Both the position numbers and the translations under genes were made by a program. This document shows positions 35,876 through 50,000 of a stretch of 64,000 bases of DNA, piece by piece. The notes beneath the pieces were generated by a model that saw only the letters and a list, made by a program, of their open reading frames with translations, did not search any database and was not told where the DNA came from. Positions within the stretch are counted from its first letter, which is position 1; the number at the start of each line of letters is the position of its first letter. Source of the stretch: Eukaryota sp. TZLM1-RC (lineage: Eukaryota; Protista; Metamonada: BaSk clade); NCBI GenBank assembly GCA_040285825.1, contig JAUPSS010000004.1, positions 1,455,485-1,519,484 of the forward strand, in the 5' to 3' direction.

Positions 35876-36746
35876 AAGAGTGAGGAAAAAAGGAAAAATG
35901 GGGGCCACTTTGTTAATGATGACTACTTACTTTCAAATTCACTAACACTTAACCCATTCAATGTTTTTGTTGGTGGAAACAACTTTTTTCTTTGGCATGA
36001 GGTCTGGTTGTTCAGCACTGTTTAAAGAAACTTTTTTATGTGAAACTCCTTTGGTTTGTTTTTGGGACGGATTTAAAAGAGGTTGACTGACAGCTTGTAA
36101 AGACTTTTCTGTATCATTTGAGCATTTGTGTTCAATTCTCAGTTTTTGAACCGAATATGGACAAAGTCTTTTGTTCCAATTTTTCATATTCACATTGTAA
36201 CAACCATTGAGGATGGAAATCTTCTATTGTCAGTCTTTTTCGCACTAAAAGAACATTTTATTTGAAATGATCGTCTTCCCTGTGTACTTAAACCATTATT
36301 ACCATTATCCAATTAGTCAGTGTGACGATAAATAAAATGATCCTCTCACATTGGTTTTCCTTCTCATTGGACCATGACAGCGTTCTGCATTATGGACAAC
36401 TCATTGATTAAGGGCATCATTGAAGAAGCGAAATTGCTGTGTATGAGGTAGGGGAAGGTTACTACGATCACATCTCCATAATTTTGGCATGTGAATCGAG
36501 TAGTGTAAGGAAAACTGTTTATGCCTCAAGTTTACAAATTCTGTGCTGAAAGGTTACAATATCCCCATTTTCCATGATTATTTGCAGCTAAATCTTTTCT
36601 TGTTGTTGTTGAGATTATCCAAAAGGTGCGAGATTCAAAAAATAAAGCAGAAACACCATAAAAATGAAGTTGTATTCAAAAATGTTCAATCCGAATCATT
36701 GAAAAGCAAACCGTAAACATCCCTGCTAATTCTACCTCTGTTTTCA

Positions 36747-37698
36747 CTATTTTCGGTTTTCCAGCAAATCAACATGTTTCCTATTTTCTTCTGCTGGACC
36801 TTCATCAAGTTCACTTATTTTCATTACATTGTTTTGAAGTAGAGATGGTAAAATTTCATAAGAATTTGTATTTGATGGCCGAGGTGTCTCAATTTTCGTT
36901 GATTTCCTGTGTTTTAACCCTTCCAAAATACTAGTTGCTTGTTTCTCAGCTTCAGCCTTATCTAAATTATTAACCAACTGATTGGAATTTTTGTTAAGAT
37001 TATATTGGTTGAATTCAAATGTAAATGAATTTCGTGAATACTGAATGGAAAACGGAAAACACAATAGTTCGACCAAATAACCTTCTTCCTTGTCTTTAAC
37101 AGATTTAATTAAACCGTGATTTGAAAAATAGTATGGTGATAATGGTGAATGTGTCAAATTTTCACCATCCGACTCAATAATTTGAATAAATTTCAAAGAA
37201 GGAAAGTTTTTTCAGTGATATTGGTAGGAATTGCTTCATGAATTACCAATTCCATAATGTTTGGTAATTGAATTTCAATATTAACAGAGTCATTCAACCA
37301 AATATCCAATCTTTTCTTTTTGATTTTATTTTATCTTTTGATTTGTCCTTTTAATAATTGTTCTGAATAAAGGGTAACAGTTCTCTGGAAACGGTCACAA
37401 GGATACTGAATACACCATGGAAAACAAGACAATTCAACTAAATATTCATTCTCGATTTGTTTAACAGATTTAATTAAACCTTGATTAATCAACTTTGTTG
37501 GGGAAAAAGGTGACTTTGACAGACTGCGTTCGTGAAATGTAATCAATTTAATAAACTTCAAAGAAGGAAAGTTTTGTTCAGTGATATTGGTAGGAATTGC
37601 TTCATGAATGATCAACTCCTTAATGTTTGGTAATTGAATATCAATATTCAGAGACTCTGCTAACAAAACTTCCAATCTAACTTGGGATTGAGGTAAAG
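36747..37698 (-). pseudogene. Two partial tandem duplicates of the C-terminal module of the RCC1/LRR gene
   Basis: IQLPNIKELIIHEAIPTNITEQNFPSLKFI...LVELSCFPWCIQYP repeated from the end of ORF 37699-40263. Confidence 0.75.
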
Positions 37699-40263
37699 CT
37701 ATTGTCCTTTTAAAATACTCTTTGACTCTTTGATTGCACAGTATCGGGGATAAACATCATTGAATTGGTCATAAGGATACTGAATACACCATGGAAAACA
37801 AGATAATTCAACTAAACATTCATTCTTAATAAGTTTAGCTGATTGAATTAAACCTTCATTAATCAACTTTGTTGGAGATAAAGGAGACATTGACAGACTG
37901 TGTTTATTAGCTTTAATCAATTGAATAAATTTCAAAGAAGGAAAGTTTCGTTCAGTGATATTGGTAGGAATAACTTCATGAATTATGAATTCCTTCAGGT
38001 TTGGTAATTGAATTTCAATTTTTACAGGGTCATTCAACCAAATAATTAACCGAACAATGGATCGAGGTAAAGGAATTTGTGCTTCTGATATACTTTGTGA
38101 AATATAACCAAATAAGACCAGCTCTTTTAATGATGTAAGATAGCTTAAATCAATGACCTCAATGTTAAGTTCATTAAGCACCAACTTCACTAGTGAAGGG
38201 GGTAATTGTTCTATATGGATATCACAGTCAAGTTCCAGGCATTTAAGATTTGATAAATGTGCCAAGTTTAAGGAAAACGTTCTAAAAGATCTCCAACATG
38301 CATTCAACTTAACAACCTTAACATTTGGGAAAGATGACAATAATTCTGGATCATAACCAACATTATGATAGAAAACATCAAGTTGTTTAATTCTAGTATT
38401 AATTACTTCGGGACCATTATAATGACTTGTTAGAATGAGTTGCAAATCACAAATATTTTCGTCTAAATTAAAATCTTGAGGATTTTTTAAAAATTCAAAA
38501 CCATTAATCACTTGTTTAGCAAATTTAGCCACTGTCTTGCTAATGATACATTTGGTTAAGAATCTGGCTTTTGTATAAGGATGGTTACCACAAAAATTTT
38601 TCAAATATTGTAAATATTCAAAGTAAATTAATTTGATTAGACCACTAAACATGCTATCCAAAGGTTGTATTGGATAATCAAAGGATCCAAGTATTTCTGC
38701 ACCAAATGATACTTTGACAGGTTGCGATCGATCTTTCAAATCACCTGTACCTAATTGACCTTCCTCGTTCCTTCCCCAAGCCCAAACAGTGTTTTTGTTG
38801 TAGGCAAAAAGGAAGTCATAACCTACTGAAATACCTTCTACATTAGTGAAAGCTTCAATCATTAGGGGTTTTGTAGTGTTCTTATAAAAATCACTGATTC
38901 TACTCAAAACACCCCAAACAAAAACTTTGCCATTGTTGTCAATGGCAGCACAAATATCATTATAACCACTAATAAAAACAATATTACTTAACCCTGGAAC
39001 TTTGGTGGGTTTTTCGATGAACGGAACATCACAATAAATCTTATCAAATTCCCAAACATCACCAGTTATATCTACAACATAAAGACGACCACGAATCAAG
39101 GAAAAAAAACACTGAAGTGATTCATTAGGGGTTATGTATTTGGATACTGGTATTTTGGTGATAAAGGGCTCTTCATCTGCGTCAGATTCACCATCAGATT
39201 CATAGCTTCCTTCCCTCCATGTACCTTGAAAGAAGAAATCACCATTCCCATCAACTGCTACAGATGAATCATCACACACAGAAAGACAAACGACATTAAC
39301 TAATTCTTCGATTAAATGATAGGAGGTGTGACAGCCCCATGCAACAACCCTGCCATCATGTGTCACAGCAAATGAATTAACAAGGGTTAGAGTCAATGAA
39401 TCCCCATCACCTCCATAAACTTCCTTAATGCTGAATGGAAGATTGATTGGCACAGGAAACAGTGCGTAAGCCATCTGATTTCGATGAACAGACCTTCGCA
39501 AACCCCATTCATATAACTTACCTTCAACAGAGAGGGCAAGTGAATGACGAAGACCAGCTGATATACTCTGAATACCGCGTAAGGGTAATTTGATTGGTAA
39601 TTTGATTATTTCAGGTCCATCGAGAAGAACTTCACCATAAAAATTCCACCCCCAACCATAAACCTCACCAGAATGGGTGAGAAGAAGTGTGTGGCTATGG
39701 CCCACAGAAATAGACTTAACACCAATCATAAGGAGGGATCGATCGGGGAAGTGTGCTAATTCTTGGTCAACTTGGGAGATGTTATCTATTGTAGGATGCG
39801 AGGAGGAAGGTTGTAAGAGATATCCATCATGTCCAATTGAGTCTGGTTTTACGTCGGGTTGTGGATCGGAAGGATGAGGAGGAGAGGGACATTGCAGAGA
39901 ACTACATGGCAAGTCTGACGGTGGGCAACAATCAAAGGAGCAATGAGAAGGAGATTGTGATTCGTCATCAACAGTGGTTGGGGAGGAGATATGTGGAACA
40001 CCGAGAACGGGTTGCCGGAAGCTATTTCGACGTCCCCCCGGTGGAAATGCAACTGGGACATCGAGCTCGTGATTGGTGGGAGGATTTGGGCAGCGTTGAT
40101 CATAACTCTTCTTTTCAAAACAGGAAGTGCTAGTGCTACCACTAGGTACCTTGGCATGATTTCGAGGCATTGTGAATCCAGATATAGAAGAAAAACAAAT
40201 AATAATTGGACTTGTAACATTGGAATACTGAATTTCAACAGATTCATATTCTGCATTGTCCAA
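37699..40263 (-). CDS. RCC1-repeat (beta-propeller) protein with C-terminal LRR/FNIP-like region
   Basis: 854-aa ATG ORF; ISVGHSHTLLLTHSGEVYGWGWNFYG, ISAGLRHSLAL, WAWGRNEEGQLGTGD; LPPSLVKLVL/LTSLKELVL repeats; Pro/Ser-rich N-terminus. Confidence 0.88.
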   Translation of the reverse strand: MDNAEYESVEIQYSNVTSPIIICFSSISGFTMPRNHAKVPSGSTSTSCFEKKSYDQRCPNPPTNHELDVPVAFPPGGRRNSFRQPVLGVPHISSPTTVDDESQSPSHCSFDCCPPSDLPCSSLQCPSPPHPSDPQPDVKPDSIGHDGYLLQPSSSHPTIDNISQVDQELAHFPDRSLLMIGVKSISVGHSHTLLLTHSGEVYGWGWNFYGEVLLDGPEIIKLPIKLPLRGIQSISAGLRHSLALSVEGKLYEWGLRRSVHRNQMAYALFPVPINLPFSIKEVYGGDGDSLTLTLVNSFAVTHDGRVVAWGCHTSYHLIEELVNVVCLSVCDDSSVAVDGNGDFFFQGTWREGSYESDGESDADEEPFITKIPVSKYITPNESLQCFFSLIRGRLYVVDITGDVWEFDKIYCDVPFIEKPTKVPGLSNIVFISGYNDICAAIDNNGKVFVWGVLSRISDFYKNTTKPLMIEAFTNVEGISVGYDFLFAYNKNTVWAWGRNEEGQLGTGDLKDRSQPVKVSFGAEILGSFDYPIQPLDSMFSGLIKLIYFEYLQYLKNFCGNHPYTKARFLTKCIISKTVAKFAKQVINGFEFLKNPQDFNLDENICDLQLILTSHYNGPEVINTRIKQLDVFYHNVGYDPELLSSFPNVKVVKLNACWRSFRTFSLNLAHLSNLKCLELDCDIHIEQLPPSLVKLVLNELNIEVIDLSYLTSLKELVLFGYISQSISEAQIPLPRSIVRLIIWLNDPVKIEIQLPNLKEFIIHEVIPTNITERNFPSLKFIQLIKANKHSLSMSPLSPTKLINEGLIQSAKLIKNECLVELSCFPWCIQYPYDQFNDVYPRYCAIKESKSILKGQ

Positions 40264-40521
40264 CGTTTCATTGAACTACAGCACACAACAAAATAAAATC
40301 AGAGCTAATAGGACTGAAATCGTGATTAACCAAGATTTGTTGCACAAAATCCTGATATTCTTGATTCTTTATCATATTTAAGCATTACGAAAACTCCATC
40401 TACGCTTACGAAATAGCACACTATTTTAGTGGCTCTTTTGAGGAAGTATTTGCCCATGAACCTCCTCTCAATCCTGCTCCACCTCCTGTTGCCTATTTGA
40501 CATTGTCTATTCAATGTTGTT

Positions 40522-43127
40522 ATACCAGACCTATTCAGTAACACTTTTTTGAAATTTTCCAAAAAGTGCAACCCTGAAGGTCCAATATTGCCAAAAAGAG
40601 AAATTGCAAACGGCACAAACTGATATTTCACATGTTCCACTCTACCTAACTGTGCCAAAGGTTCTTCATATTTTTTTATCTTCTTTTTTTCGGCGTTAGA
40701 TAACGGCGAATCAGCGGAATACATTAAACGAGCAGCAGAATTTTTGCAAACATCAACTGAGACAACATCTACAACATTGAGAACACCATCGATCCCTGGA
40801 GCTACTAAATCTGCCCTTCTTTTACCAAAGGAATCATCAGTTTGATCTGAAGACAGCTTACGTACTAGTGGCTCAATAAATGCCTCTGTATTGAAACTTT
40901 TGCACATAGCATATAATTGATCACGAACTGAGTCATGAACAATTGAGCGATAAGTTATAAAATACTTACAGTTTAAAATATGGGAAAGCGTAACAACACT
41001 CTTGCAGCGACAAATTAAATCATTTGGTAATGAACAAGGCCATAGAAAACATCTCATTCTCATTGCAGTGGTCCATTGGTGATCATTAAGTAGAAGGCCA
41101 TAAATGTTGGGAATTTGGGAGATTAAGCAACTTGAGCAACTGTCTTCAAGATCAATCAAAAAGTTTGCAAAAACGGGATTTTTTTCCTTATCCAAGCTAA
41201 GACGTACAATATAATCCAAGTTTTCTAAAACTTTCAAGATTTTTTTCTGCAATTTTGCAAAAGTCAATGGTAAGGAGAGCAAGCTTCTTGAAGGAAGTTC
41301 CACAATATCAGAGGGGAAACATTTAGCCCAAATATTGGGTGAAAGAGTTTCAATTTCCTGTTGCAAAGAAATAAGATAGGAGCTGCCACAATTTTTAATG
41401 AGATGAATTTTTCAGGAAAACGATTCAAAAATTCATAAATAAAATTCTTTCCACCTCCAATAAAGGCAGCTTTACAAAGGTAGCTTGATTTGTGAAAATC
41501 AACACCACCAAAATTTGTACCACAAAAAATGTGGCTTCGTAACTGAGATGCATCAATTTCCAATAATTTTGCTAAAAAATTGGTTCTTTGTTCATTAAAA
41601 ATGCGACAAAACTCCAAAGAAATTGATGGTGATGTTGATCTCAAAATATGAGTAAATTTTCCAGAATAACAGATTTTTAGGAAAAAGAATTTCAAATGTT
41701 TCTCAATAATTAAATTTTCTATTGATTCTAATTCATTTCCAAATTTTATTTATTTATTGAATTTGCACACTTGATTAAATTAAATCATAACTAATGGGGC
41801 GACTATCATTAAACCAAGATTTCCTCTACAAAATCTTGATTTGCTTGCTGTCTAGCAAAAGCTTCTCTAATTCGATTGAAAAACCGCGGTAATCTATTAA
41901 TAATGGCAAATTGAATCCGTAACGCCATAAAAAAATATCAAATCTTTTCATTGTTTTTTCTTTCACCATTTTTTGGAAGTCATCCAAAAAAGTTTCTGCT
42001 TCAACTGATAATCTTCCATTTATCGAAAATGGGAAAGCAATAAAAACCAGCTGTGTATTTCTATCGACATTTGCATCTTCAATTTCCTTATCATATTTTC
42101 TATGTTTTTCTTTTGCTTTAAAATCCAGAGCAGCCACAGGATTAAGTTTTCTTCTTCATTATTATTCATTTCCAACTTGAGTCAACATAGTCGAAAGTTG
42201 GCCTTTGACTTCTTCAATATTTCCGAGATAACAACCCAAAAAACGAAAACCAGACTGATCATAATTGATAAAGGGGACATTGACATCATTAATGAAAAAA
42301 ACAATTGGTTCATGGCCAATAATTAAACATTTGGAGATATTCAATGAGAGACCAATATCTTCATAACGCTGTTGAATAAAAGTTGCTATTTGTTTCAGAA
42401 TTGTAATAGGAGCAATTACAGAAATGTCATCCATATATGCCACAATATCTATTTCTGGGAATTTTTCTTTCAATTCGCACATTAATGGATGAATTGCCAG
42501 ACAAAAGAAAAAAGGACCAAGTGGATCACCTTGTTTTACACCTGAAGACGAAAACAGGCCAAGGTTTTCATAGACCAATGTGGATGATTTTCCATAAAAC
42601 CTGTCATTTAGAACAAATATATTTATTGAACATGCACACTGAATTAAATTAACTCATAACTAATGGGACGACTATCATTGAAGACATGATTTCCTCTACA
42701 AAGTCTTAATCTGCTTGCTGTCTAGCAAAAGCTTCTCTTATTCGATTAAAAAACCGAGGTAATCTATTAATAATGGCAAATTGAATCCGTCAATGCCATA
42801 AAAAAGTATCAAATCTTTTCATTGTTTTTCTTGCACCATTTTTTCGAAGTCATTCAAAAAAGTTTCTGCTTCAACTGATAATCTTCCGTTTATCGAAAAT
42901 GGAAAACAATAAAAACTAGCTGTGTATTTCTACCAGCATTAGCTTCTTCAATATCTTTATCATACTTTTTATGTTGATCATTTGCTTTAAAATCAAGAGC
43001 ACTCACAGGATTAAGTTTTCTTCTGTGAACCAAAGTATTATTTGCAACATTTCCAATTTTTAACATTGGAATTTTACCAACCCATCATCCAATAGATTTT
43101 GGTTTTGCTTTCCTGTTTTCTGCATGT
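40522..43127 (-). mobile_element. Composite CRE-like non-LTR cassette, copy 1 (family A with nested family C fragments)
   Basis: GVKQGDPLG and AYMDD RT; CRC..HILNC, HDSVRD, RRADL, VVD, EKKKIKKY RLE; 41215-43293 is nearly identical to 48466-50535. Confidence 0.9.
41743..42163 (-). mobile_element. 5'-truncated family C retro-fragment nested in family A with 12-bp TSD
   Basis: ATTCATTTCCAA at 41731-42 and 42164-75; empty site at 48423; ORF KEKHRKY...FPFSINGRL. Confidence 0.85.
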
Positions 43128-46100
43128 GTTTGTATATGGCAACGGTAACACTAATTTCTGTACGATTATCATTCTTTTGATTAGGTCAGTATCTTTTTCA
43201 AAAATTTTGAGCTTTATACATCATTAAAACCAATGTTCATGTCATTCATTTGATTTAAATTCCTTTGTTGTTAATCTTTTTACAACATTTGCGACAATTT
43301 ATACATGGTTATCTTGCCTTTGAAAAAATGGAAACGAATGGCGCATTTTACAAGAGAAGTTTTCAAGTTTATAAATACAGCATGTGTTCTTGGTCACATT
43401 TTTGGTGTAGAAAAACATTGTTGCCTGAACTTTTACATTGATAAAGAAAAAATTTTGAGCTTTATACATCATTAAAACCAATGTTCATGTCATTCATTTG
43501 ATTTAAATTCCTTTGTTGTTAATCTTTTTACAACATTTGCGACAATTTATACATGGTTATCTTGCCTTTGAAAAATGGAAACGAATGGCGCATTTTACAA
43601 GAGAAGTTTTCAAGTTTATAAATACAGCATGTGTTCTTGGTCACATTTTTGGTGTAGAAAAACATTGTTGCCTGAACTTTTACATTGATAAAGAAAAAAT
43701 TATTTTACTTTTGTTATTTGACAGAAACAATAAAATAAATTCCAAAAACAATTTACAGTTTCACTTTCATTTTGAATGTATTCTAGAAACAGATATTATT
43801 TGTTTGATTTGAATCAAAAGGTTATCGTTTGTATATGGCAACGGTAACACTAATTTCTGTACGATTATCATTCTTTTGATTAGGTCAGTATCTTTTTCAA
43901 AATTTATGAGCTTTATACATCATTAAAACCAATGTTCATGTCATTCATTTGATTTAAATTCCTTTGTTGTTAATCTTTTTACAACATTTGCGACAATTTA
44001 TACATGGTTATCTTGCCTTTGAAAAAATGGAAACGAATGGCGCATTTTACAAGAGAAGTTTTCAAGTTTATAAATACAGCATGTGTTCTTGATCACATTT
44101 TTGGTGTAGAAAAACATTGTTGCGTGAACTTTTACATTGATAAAGAAAAATTATTTTACTTTTGTTATTTGACAGAAACAATAAAATAAATTCCAAAAAC
44201 AATTTACAGTTTCACTTTCATTTTGAATGTATTCTAGAAACAGATATTATTTGTTTGATTTGAATCAAAAAGGTTATCGTTTGTATATGGCAACGGTAAC
44301 ACTAATTTCTGTACGATTATCATTCTTTTGATTAGGTCAGTATCTTTTTCAAAATTTATGAGCTTTATACATCATTAAAACCAATGTTCATGTCATTCAT
44401 TTGATTTAAATTCCTTTGTTGTTAATCTTTTTACAACATTTGCGACAATTTATACATGGTTATCTTGCCTTTGAAAAATGGAAACGAATGGCGCATTTTA
44501 CAAGAGAAGTTTTCAAGTTTATAAATACAGCATGTGTTCTTGATCACATTTTTGGTGTAGAAAAACATTGTTGCCTGAACTTTTACATTGATAAAGAAAA
44601 ATTATTTTACTTTTGTTATTTGACAGAAACAATAAAATAAATTCCAAAAACAATTTACAGTTTCACTTTCATTTTGAATGTATTCTAGAAACAGATATTA
44701 TTTGTTTGATTTGAATCAAAAAGGTTATCGTTTGTATATGGCAACGGTAACACTAATTTCTGTACGATTATCATTCTTTTGATTAGGTCAGTATCTTTTT
44801 CAAAATTTATGAGCTTTATACATCATTAAAACCAATGTTCATGTCATTCATTTGATTTAAATTCCTTTGTTGTTAATCTTTTTACAACATTTGCGACAAT
44901 TTATACATGGTTATCTTGCCTTTGAAAAAATGGAAACGAATGGCGCATTTTACAAGAGAAGTTTTCAAGTTTATAAATACAGCATGTGTTCTTGATCACA
45001 TTTTTGGTGTAGAAAAACATTGTTGCCTGAACTTTTACATTGATAAAGAAAAATTATTTTACTTTTGTTATTTGACAGAAACAATAAAATAAATTCCAAA
45101 AACAATTTACAGTTTCACTTTCATTTTGAATGTATTCTAGAAACAGATATTGTTTGTTTGATTTGAATCAAAAGGTTATCGTTTGTATATGGCAACGGTA
45201 ACACTAATTTCTGTACGATTATCATTCTTTTGATTAGGTCAGTATCTTTTTCAAAATTTATGAGCTTTATACATCATTAAAACCAATGTTCATGTCATTC
45301 ATTTGATTTAAATTCCTTTGTTGTTAATCTTTTTACAACATTTGCGACGATTTATACATGGTTATCTTGCCTTTGAAAAAATGGAAACGAATGGCGCATT
45401 TTACAAGAGAAGTTTTCAAGTTTATAAATACAGCATGTGTTCTTGATCACATTTTTGGTGTAGAAAAACATTGTTGCCTGAACTTTTACATTGATAAAGA
45501 AAAAATTATTTTACTTTTGTTATTTGACAGAAACAATAAAATAAATTCCAAAAACAATTTACAGTTTCACTTTCATTTTGAATGTATTCTAGAAACAGAT
45601 ATTATTTGTTTGATTTGAATCAAAAGGTTATCGTTTGTATATGGCAACGGTAACACTAATTTCTGTACGATTATCATTCTTTTGATTAGGTCAGTATCTT
45701 TTTCAAAATTTATGAGCTTTATACATCATTAAAACCAATGTTCATGTCATTCATTTGATTTAAATTCCTTTGTTGTTAATCTTTTTACAACATTTGCGAC
45801 AATTTATACATGGTTATCTTGCCTTTGAAAAAATGGAAACGAATGGCGCATTTTACAAGAGAAGTTTTCAAGTTTATAAATACAGCATGTGTTCTTGATC
45901 ACATTTTTGGTGTAGAAAAACATTGTTGCGTGAACTTTTACATTGATAAAGAAAAAATTATTTTACTTTTGTTATTTGACAGAAACAATAAAATAAATTC
46001 CAAAAACAATTTACAGTTTCACTTTCATTTTGAATGTATTCTAGAAACAGATATTATTTGTTTGATTTGAATCAAAAGGTTATCGTTTGTATATGGCAAC

Positions 46101-47003
46101 GGTAACACTAATTTCTGTACGATTATCATTCTTTTGATTAGGTCAGTATCTTTTTCAAAATTTATGAGCTTTATACATCATTAAAACCAATGTTCATGTC
46201 ATTCATTTGATTTAAATTCCTTTGTTGTTAATCTTTTTACAACATTTGCGACAATTTATACATGGTTATCTTGCCTTTGAAAAAATGGAAACGAATGGCG
46301 CATTTTACAAGAGAAGTTTTCAAGTTTATAAATACAGCATGTGTTCTTGATCACATTTTTGGTGTAGAAAAACATTGTTGCGTGAACTTTTACATTGATA
46401 AAGAAAAAATTATTTTACTTTTGTTATTTGACAGAAACAATAAAATAAATTCCAAAAACAATTTACAGTTTCACTTTCATTTTGAATGTATTCTAGAAAC
46501 AGATATTATTTGTTTGATTTGAATCAAAAGGTTATCGTTTGTATATGGCAACGGTAACACTAATTTCTGTACGATTATCATTCTTTTGATTAGGTCAGTA
46601 TCTTTTTCAAAATTTATGAGCTTTATACATCATTAAAACCAATGTTCATGTCATTCATTTGATTTAAATTCCTTTGTTGTTAATCTTTTTACAACATTTG
46701 CGACAATTTATACATGGTTATCTTGCCTTTGAAAAAATGGAAACGAATGGCGCATTTTACAAGAGAAGTTTTCAAGTTTATAAATACAGCATGTGTTCTT
46801 GATCACATTTTTGGTGTAGAAAAACATTGTTGCGTGAACTTTTACATTGATAAAGAAAAATTATTTTACTTTTGTTATTTGACAGAAACAATAAAATAAA
46901 TTCCAAAAACAATTTACAGTTTCACTTTCATTTTGAATGTATTCTAGAAACAGATATTATTTGTTTGATTTGAATCAAAAGGTGATCGTTTGTATATGGC
47001 AAC
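43128..47003. repeat. 452-bp tandem satellite, 7 full units plus 2 partial
   Basis: Unit starts gtttgtatatggcaac at 43827, 44279, 44730, 45181, 45633, 46085, 46537 and 46988; units nearly identical. Confidence 0.98.
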
Positions 47004-50000
47004 TTTTTTTTAAAAACTGGAATATTTATTGAGATAAAAATAACCATCTAGAATTCAATATCCTCCAAACAAGCGTCACTATTACTGAACCTACTTACAG
47101 CATTACGTTCATATTCTACACCAATAGCTCAAAGTGCCTTTGAAATCATTGTTGGAATAGACTTGAAAATGCAAAAAACAATTCCATTTAACCAGAAAGT
47201 GGAGTTCATTGTTTTACCAGACCTATTCAATAATACTTTTTTAAAATTTTCCAAAAAGTGCAACCCTGAAGGTCCAATATTGCCAAAAAGAGAAATTGCA
47301 AACGGCACAAACTGATATTTCACATGTTCCACTCTACCTAACTGTGCCAAAGGTTCTTCATATTTGTTTATCTTCTTTTTTTCGGCGTTAGATAACGGCG
47401 AATCAGCGGAATACATTAAACGAGCAGCAGAATTTTTGCAAACATCAACTGAGACAACATCTACAACATTGAGAACACCATCGATCCCTGGAGCTACTAA
47501 ATCTGCCCTTCTTTTACCAAAGGAATCATCAGTTTGATCTGAAGACAGCTTACGTACTAGTGGCTCAATAAATGCCTCTGTATTGAAACTTTTGCACATA
47601 GCATATAATTGATCACGAACTGAGTCATGAACAAGTGAGCGATAAGTTATAAAATACTTACAGTTTAAAATATGGGAAAGCGTAACAACACTCTTGCAGC
47701 GACAAATTAAATCATTTGGCAATGAACAAGGCCATAGAAAACATCTCAATCTCATTGCAGTGGTCCATTGGTGATCATTAAGTAGAAGGCCGTAAATGTT
47801 GGGAATTTGGGAGATTAAGCAACTTGAGCAACTGTCTTCAAGATCAATCAAAAAGTTTGCAAAAACGGAATTTTTTTCCTTAGCCAAGCTAAGACGTACA
47901 ATATAATCCAAGTTTTCTAAAACTTTCAAAATTTTTTCTGCAATTTTGCAAAAGTCAATGGTAAGGAGAGCAAGCTTCTTGAAGGAAGTTCCACAATATC
48001 AGAAGGGAAACATTTAGCCCAAATATTGGGTGAAAGAGTTTCAATTTCCTGTTGCAAAGAAATAAGATAGGAGCTGCCACAATTTTCAATGAGATGAATT
48101 TTTTCAGGAAAACGATTCACAAATTCATAAATAAAATTCTTTCCACCTCCAATAAAGGCAGCTTTACAAAGGTAGCTTGACTTATGAAAATCAACACCAC
48201 CAAAATTTGTACCACAAAAAATGTGGCTTCGTAACTGAGATGCATCAATTTCCAATAATTTTGCTAAAAAATTAGTTCTTTGTTCATTAAAAATGCGACA
48301 GAACTCCAAGGAAATTGATGGTGATGTTGATCTCAAAATATGAGTAAATTTTCCAGAATAACAGATTTTGAGGAAAAAGAATTTCAAATGTTTCTCAATA
48401 TTTAAATTTTCTATTGATTCTAATTCATTTCCAAATTGAGTCAACAGAGTCGAAAGTTGAGTCGGAGTTTTCTAAAACTTTCAAAAAAAATTTTCTGCAA
48501 TTTTGCAAAAGTCAATGGTAAGGCGAGCAAGCTTCTTGAAGGAAGTTCCACAATATCAGAGGGGAAACATTTAGCCCAAATATTGGGTGAAAGAGTTTCA
48601 ATTTCCTGTTGCAAAGAAATAAGATAGGAGCTGCCACAATTTTCAATGAGATGAATTTTTTCAGGAAAACGATTCACAAATTCATAAATAAAATTCTTTC
48701 CACCTCCAATAAAGGCAGCTTTACAAAGGTAGCTTGATTTGTGAAAATCAACACCACCAAAATTTGTACCACAAAAAATGTGGCTTCGTAACTGAGATGC
48801 ATCAATTTCCAATAATTTTGCTAAAAAATTGGTTCTTTGTTCATTAAAAATGCGACAAAACTCCAAAGAAATTGATGGTGATGTTGATCTCAAAATATGA
48901 GTAAATTTTCCAGAATAACAGATTTTTAGGAAAAAGAATTTCAAATGTTTCTCAATAATTAAATTTTCTATTGATTCTAATTCATTTCCAAATTTGATTT
49001 ATTTATTGAATTTGCACACTTGATTAAATTAAATCATAACTAATGGGGCGACTATCATTAAACCAAGATTTCCTCTACAAAATCTTGATTTGCTTGCTGT
49101 CTAGCGAAAGCTTCTCTAATTCGATTGAAAAACCGCAGTAATCTATTAATAATGGCAAATTGAATCCGTAACGCCATAAAAAAATATCAAATCTTTTCAT
49201 TGTTTTTTCTTTCACCATTTTTTGGAAGTCATCCAAAAAAGTTTATGCTTCAACTGATAATCTTCCATTTATCGAAAATGGGAAAGCAATAAAAACCAGC
49301 TGTGTATTTCTATCGACATTTGCATCTTCAATTTCCTTATCATATTTTCTATGTTTTTCTTTTGCTTTAAAATCCAGAGCAGCCACAGGATTAAGTTTTC
49401 TTCTTCATTATTATTCATTTCCAACTTGAGTCAACATAGTCGAAAGTTGGCCTTTGACTTCTTCAATATTTCCGAGATAACAACCCAAAAAACGAAAACC
49501 AGACTGATCATAATTGATAAAGGGGACATTGACATCATTAATGAAAAAAACAATTGGTTCATGGCCAATAATTAAACATTTGGAGATATTCAATGAGAGA
49601 CCAATATCTTCATAACGCTGTTGAATAAAAGTTGCTATTTGTTTCAGAATTGTAATAGGAGCAATTACAGAAATGTCATCCATATATGCCACAATATCTA
49701 TTTCTGGGAATTTTTCTTTCAATTCGCACATTAATGGATGAATTGCCAGACAAAAGAAAAAAGGACCAAGTGGATCACCTTGTTTTACACCTGAAGACGA
49801 AAACAGGTCAAAGTTTTCATAGACCAATGTGGATGATTTTCCATAAAACCTGTCATTTAGAACAAATATATTTATTGAACATACACACTTAATTAAATTA
49901 ACTCATAACTAATGGGACGACTATCATTGAAGACATGATTTCCTCTACAAAGTCTTAATCTGCTTGCTGTCTAGCAAAAGCTTCTCTTATTCGATTAAAA

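Noticed and set aside
35942-36740. Possible MULE-like transposase relic on the minus strand (KWGYC, SHAKI, HPQWLL)
   Set aside because: Too degraded; no catalytic motif or TIR could be confirmed
43299-46899. Repeated 61-99 aa ORFs in the 452-bp array
   Set aside because: Frames change with homopolymer length between units and no domain is recognisable; treated as incidental
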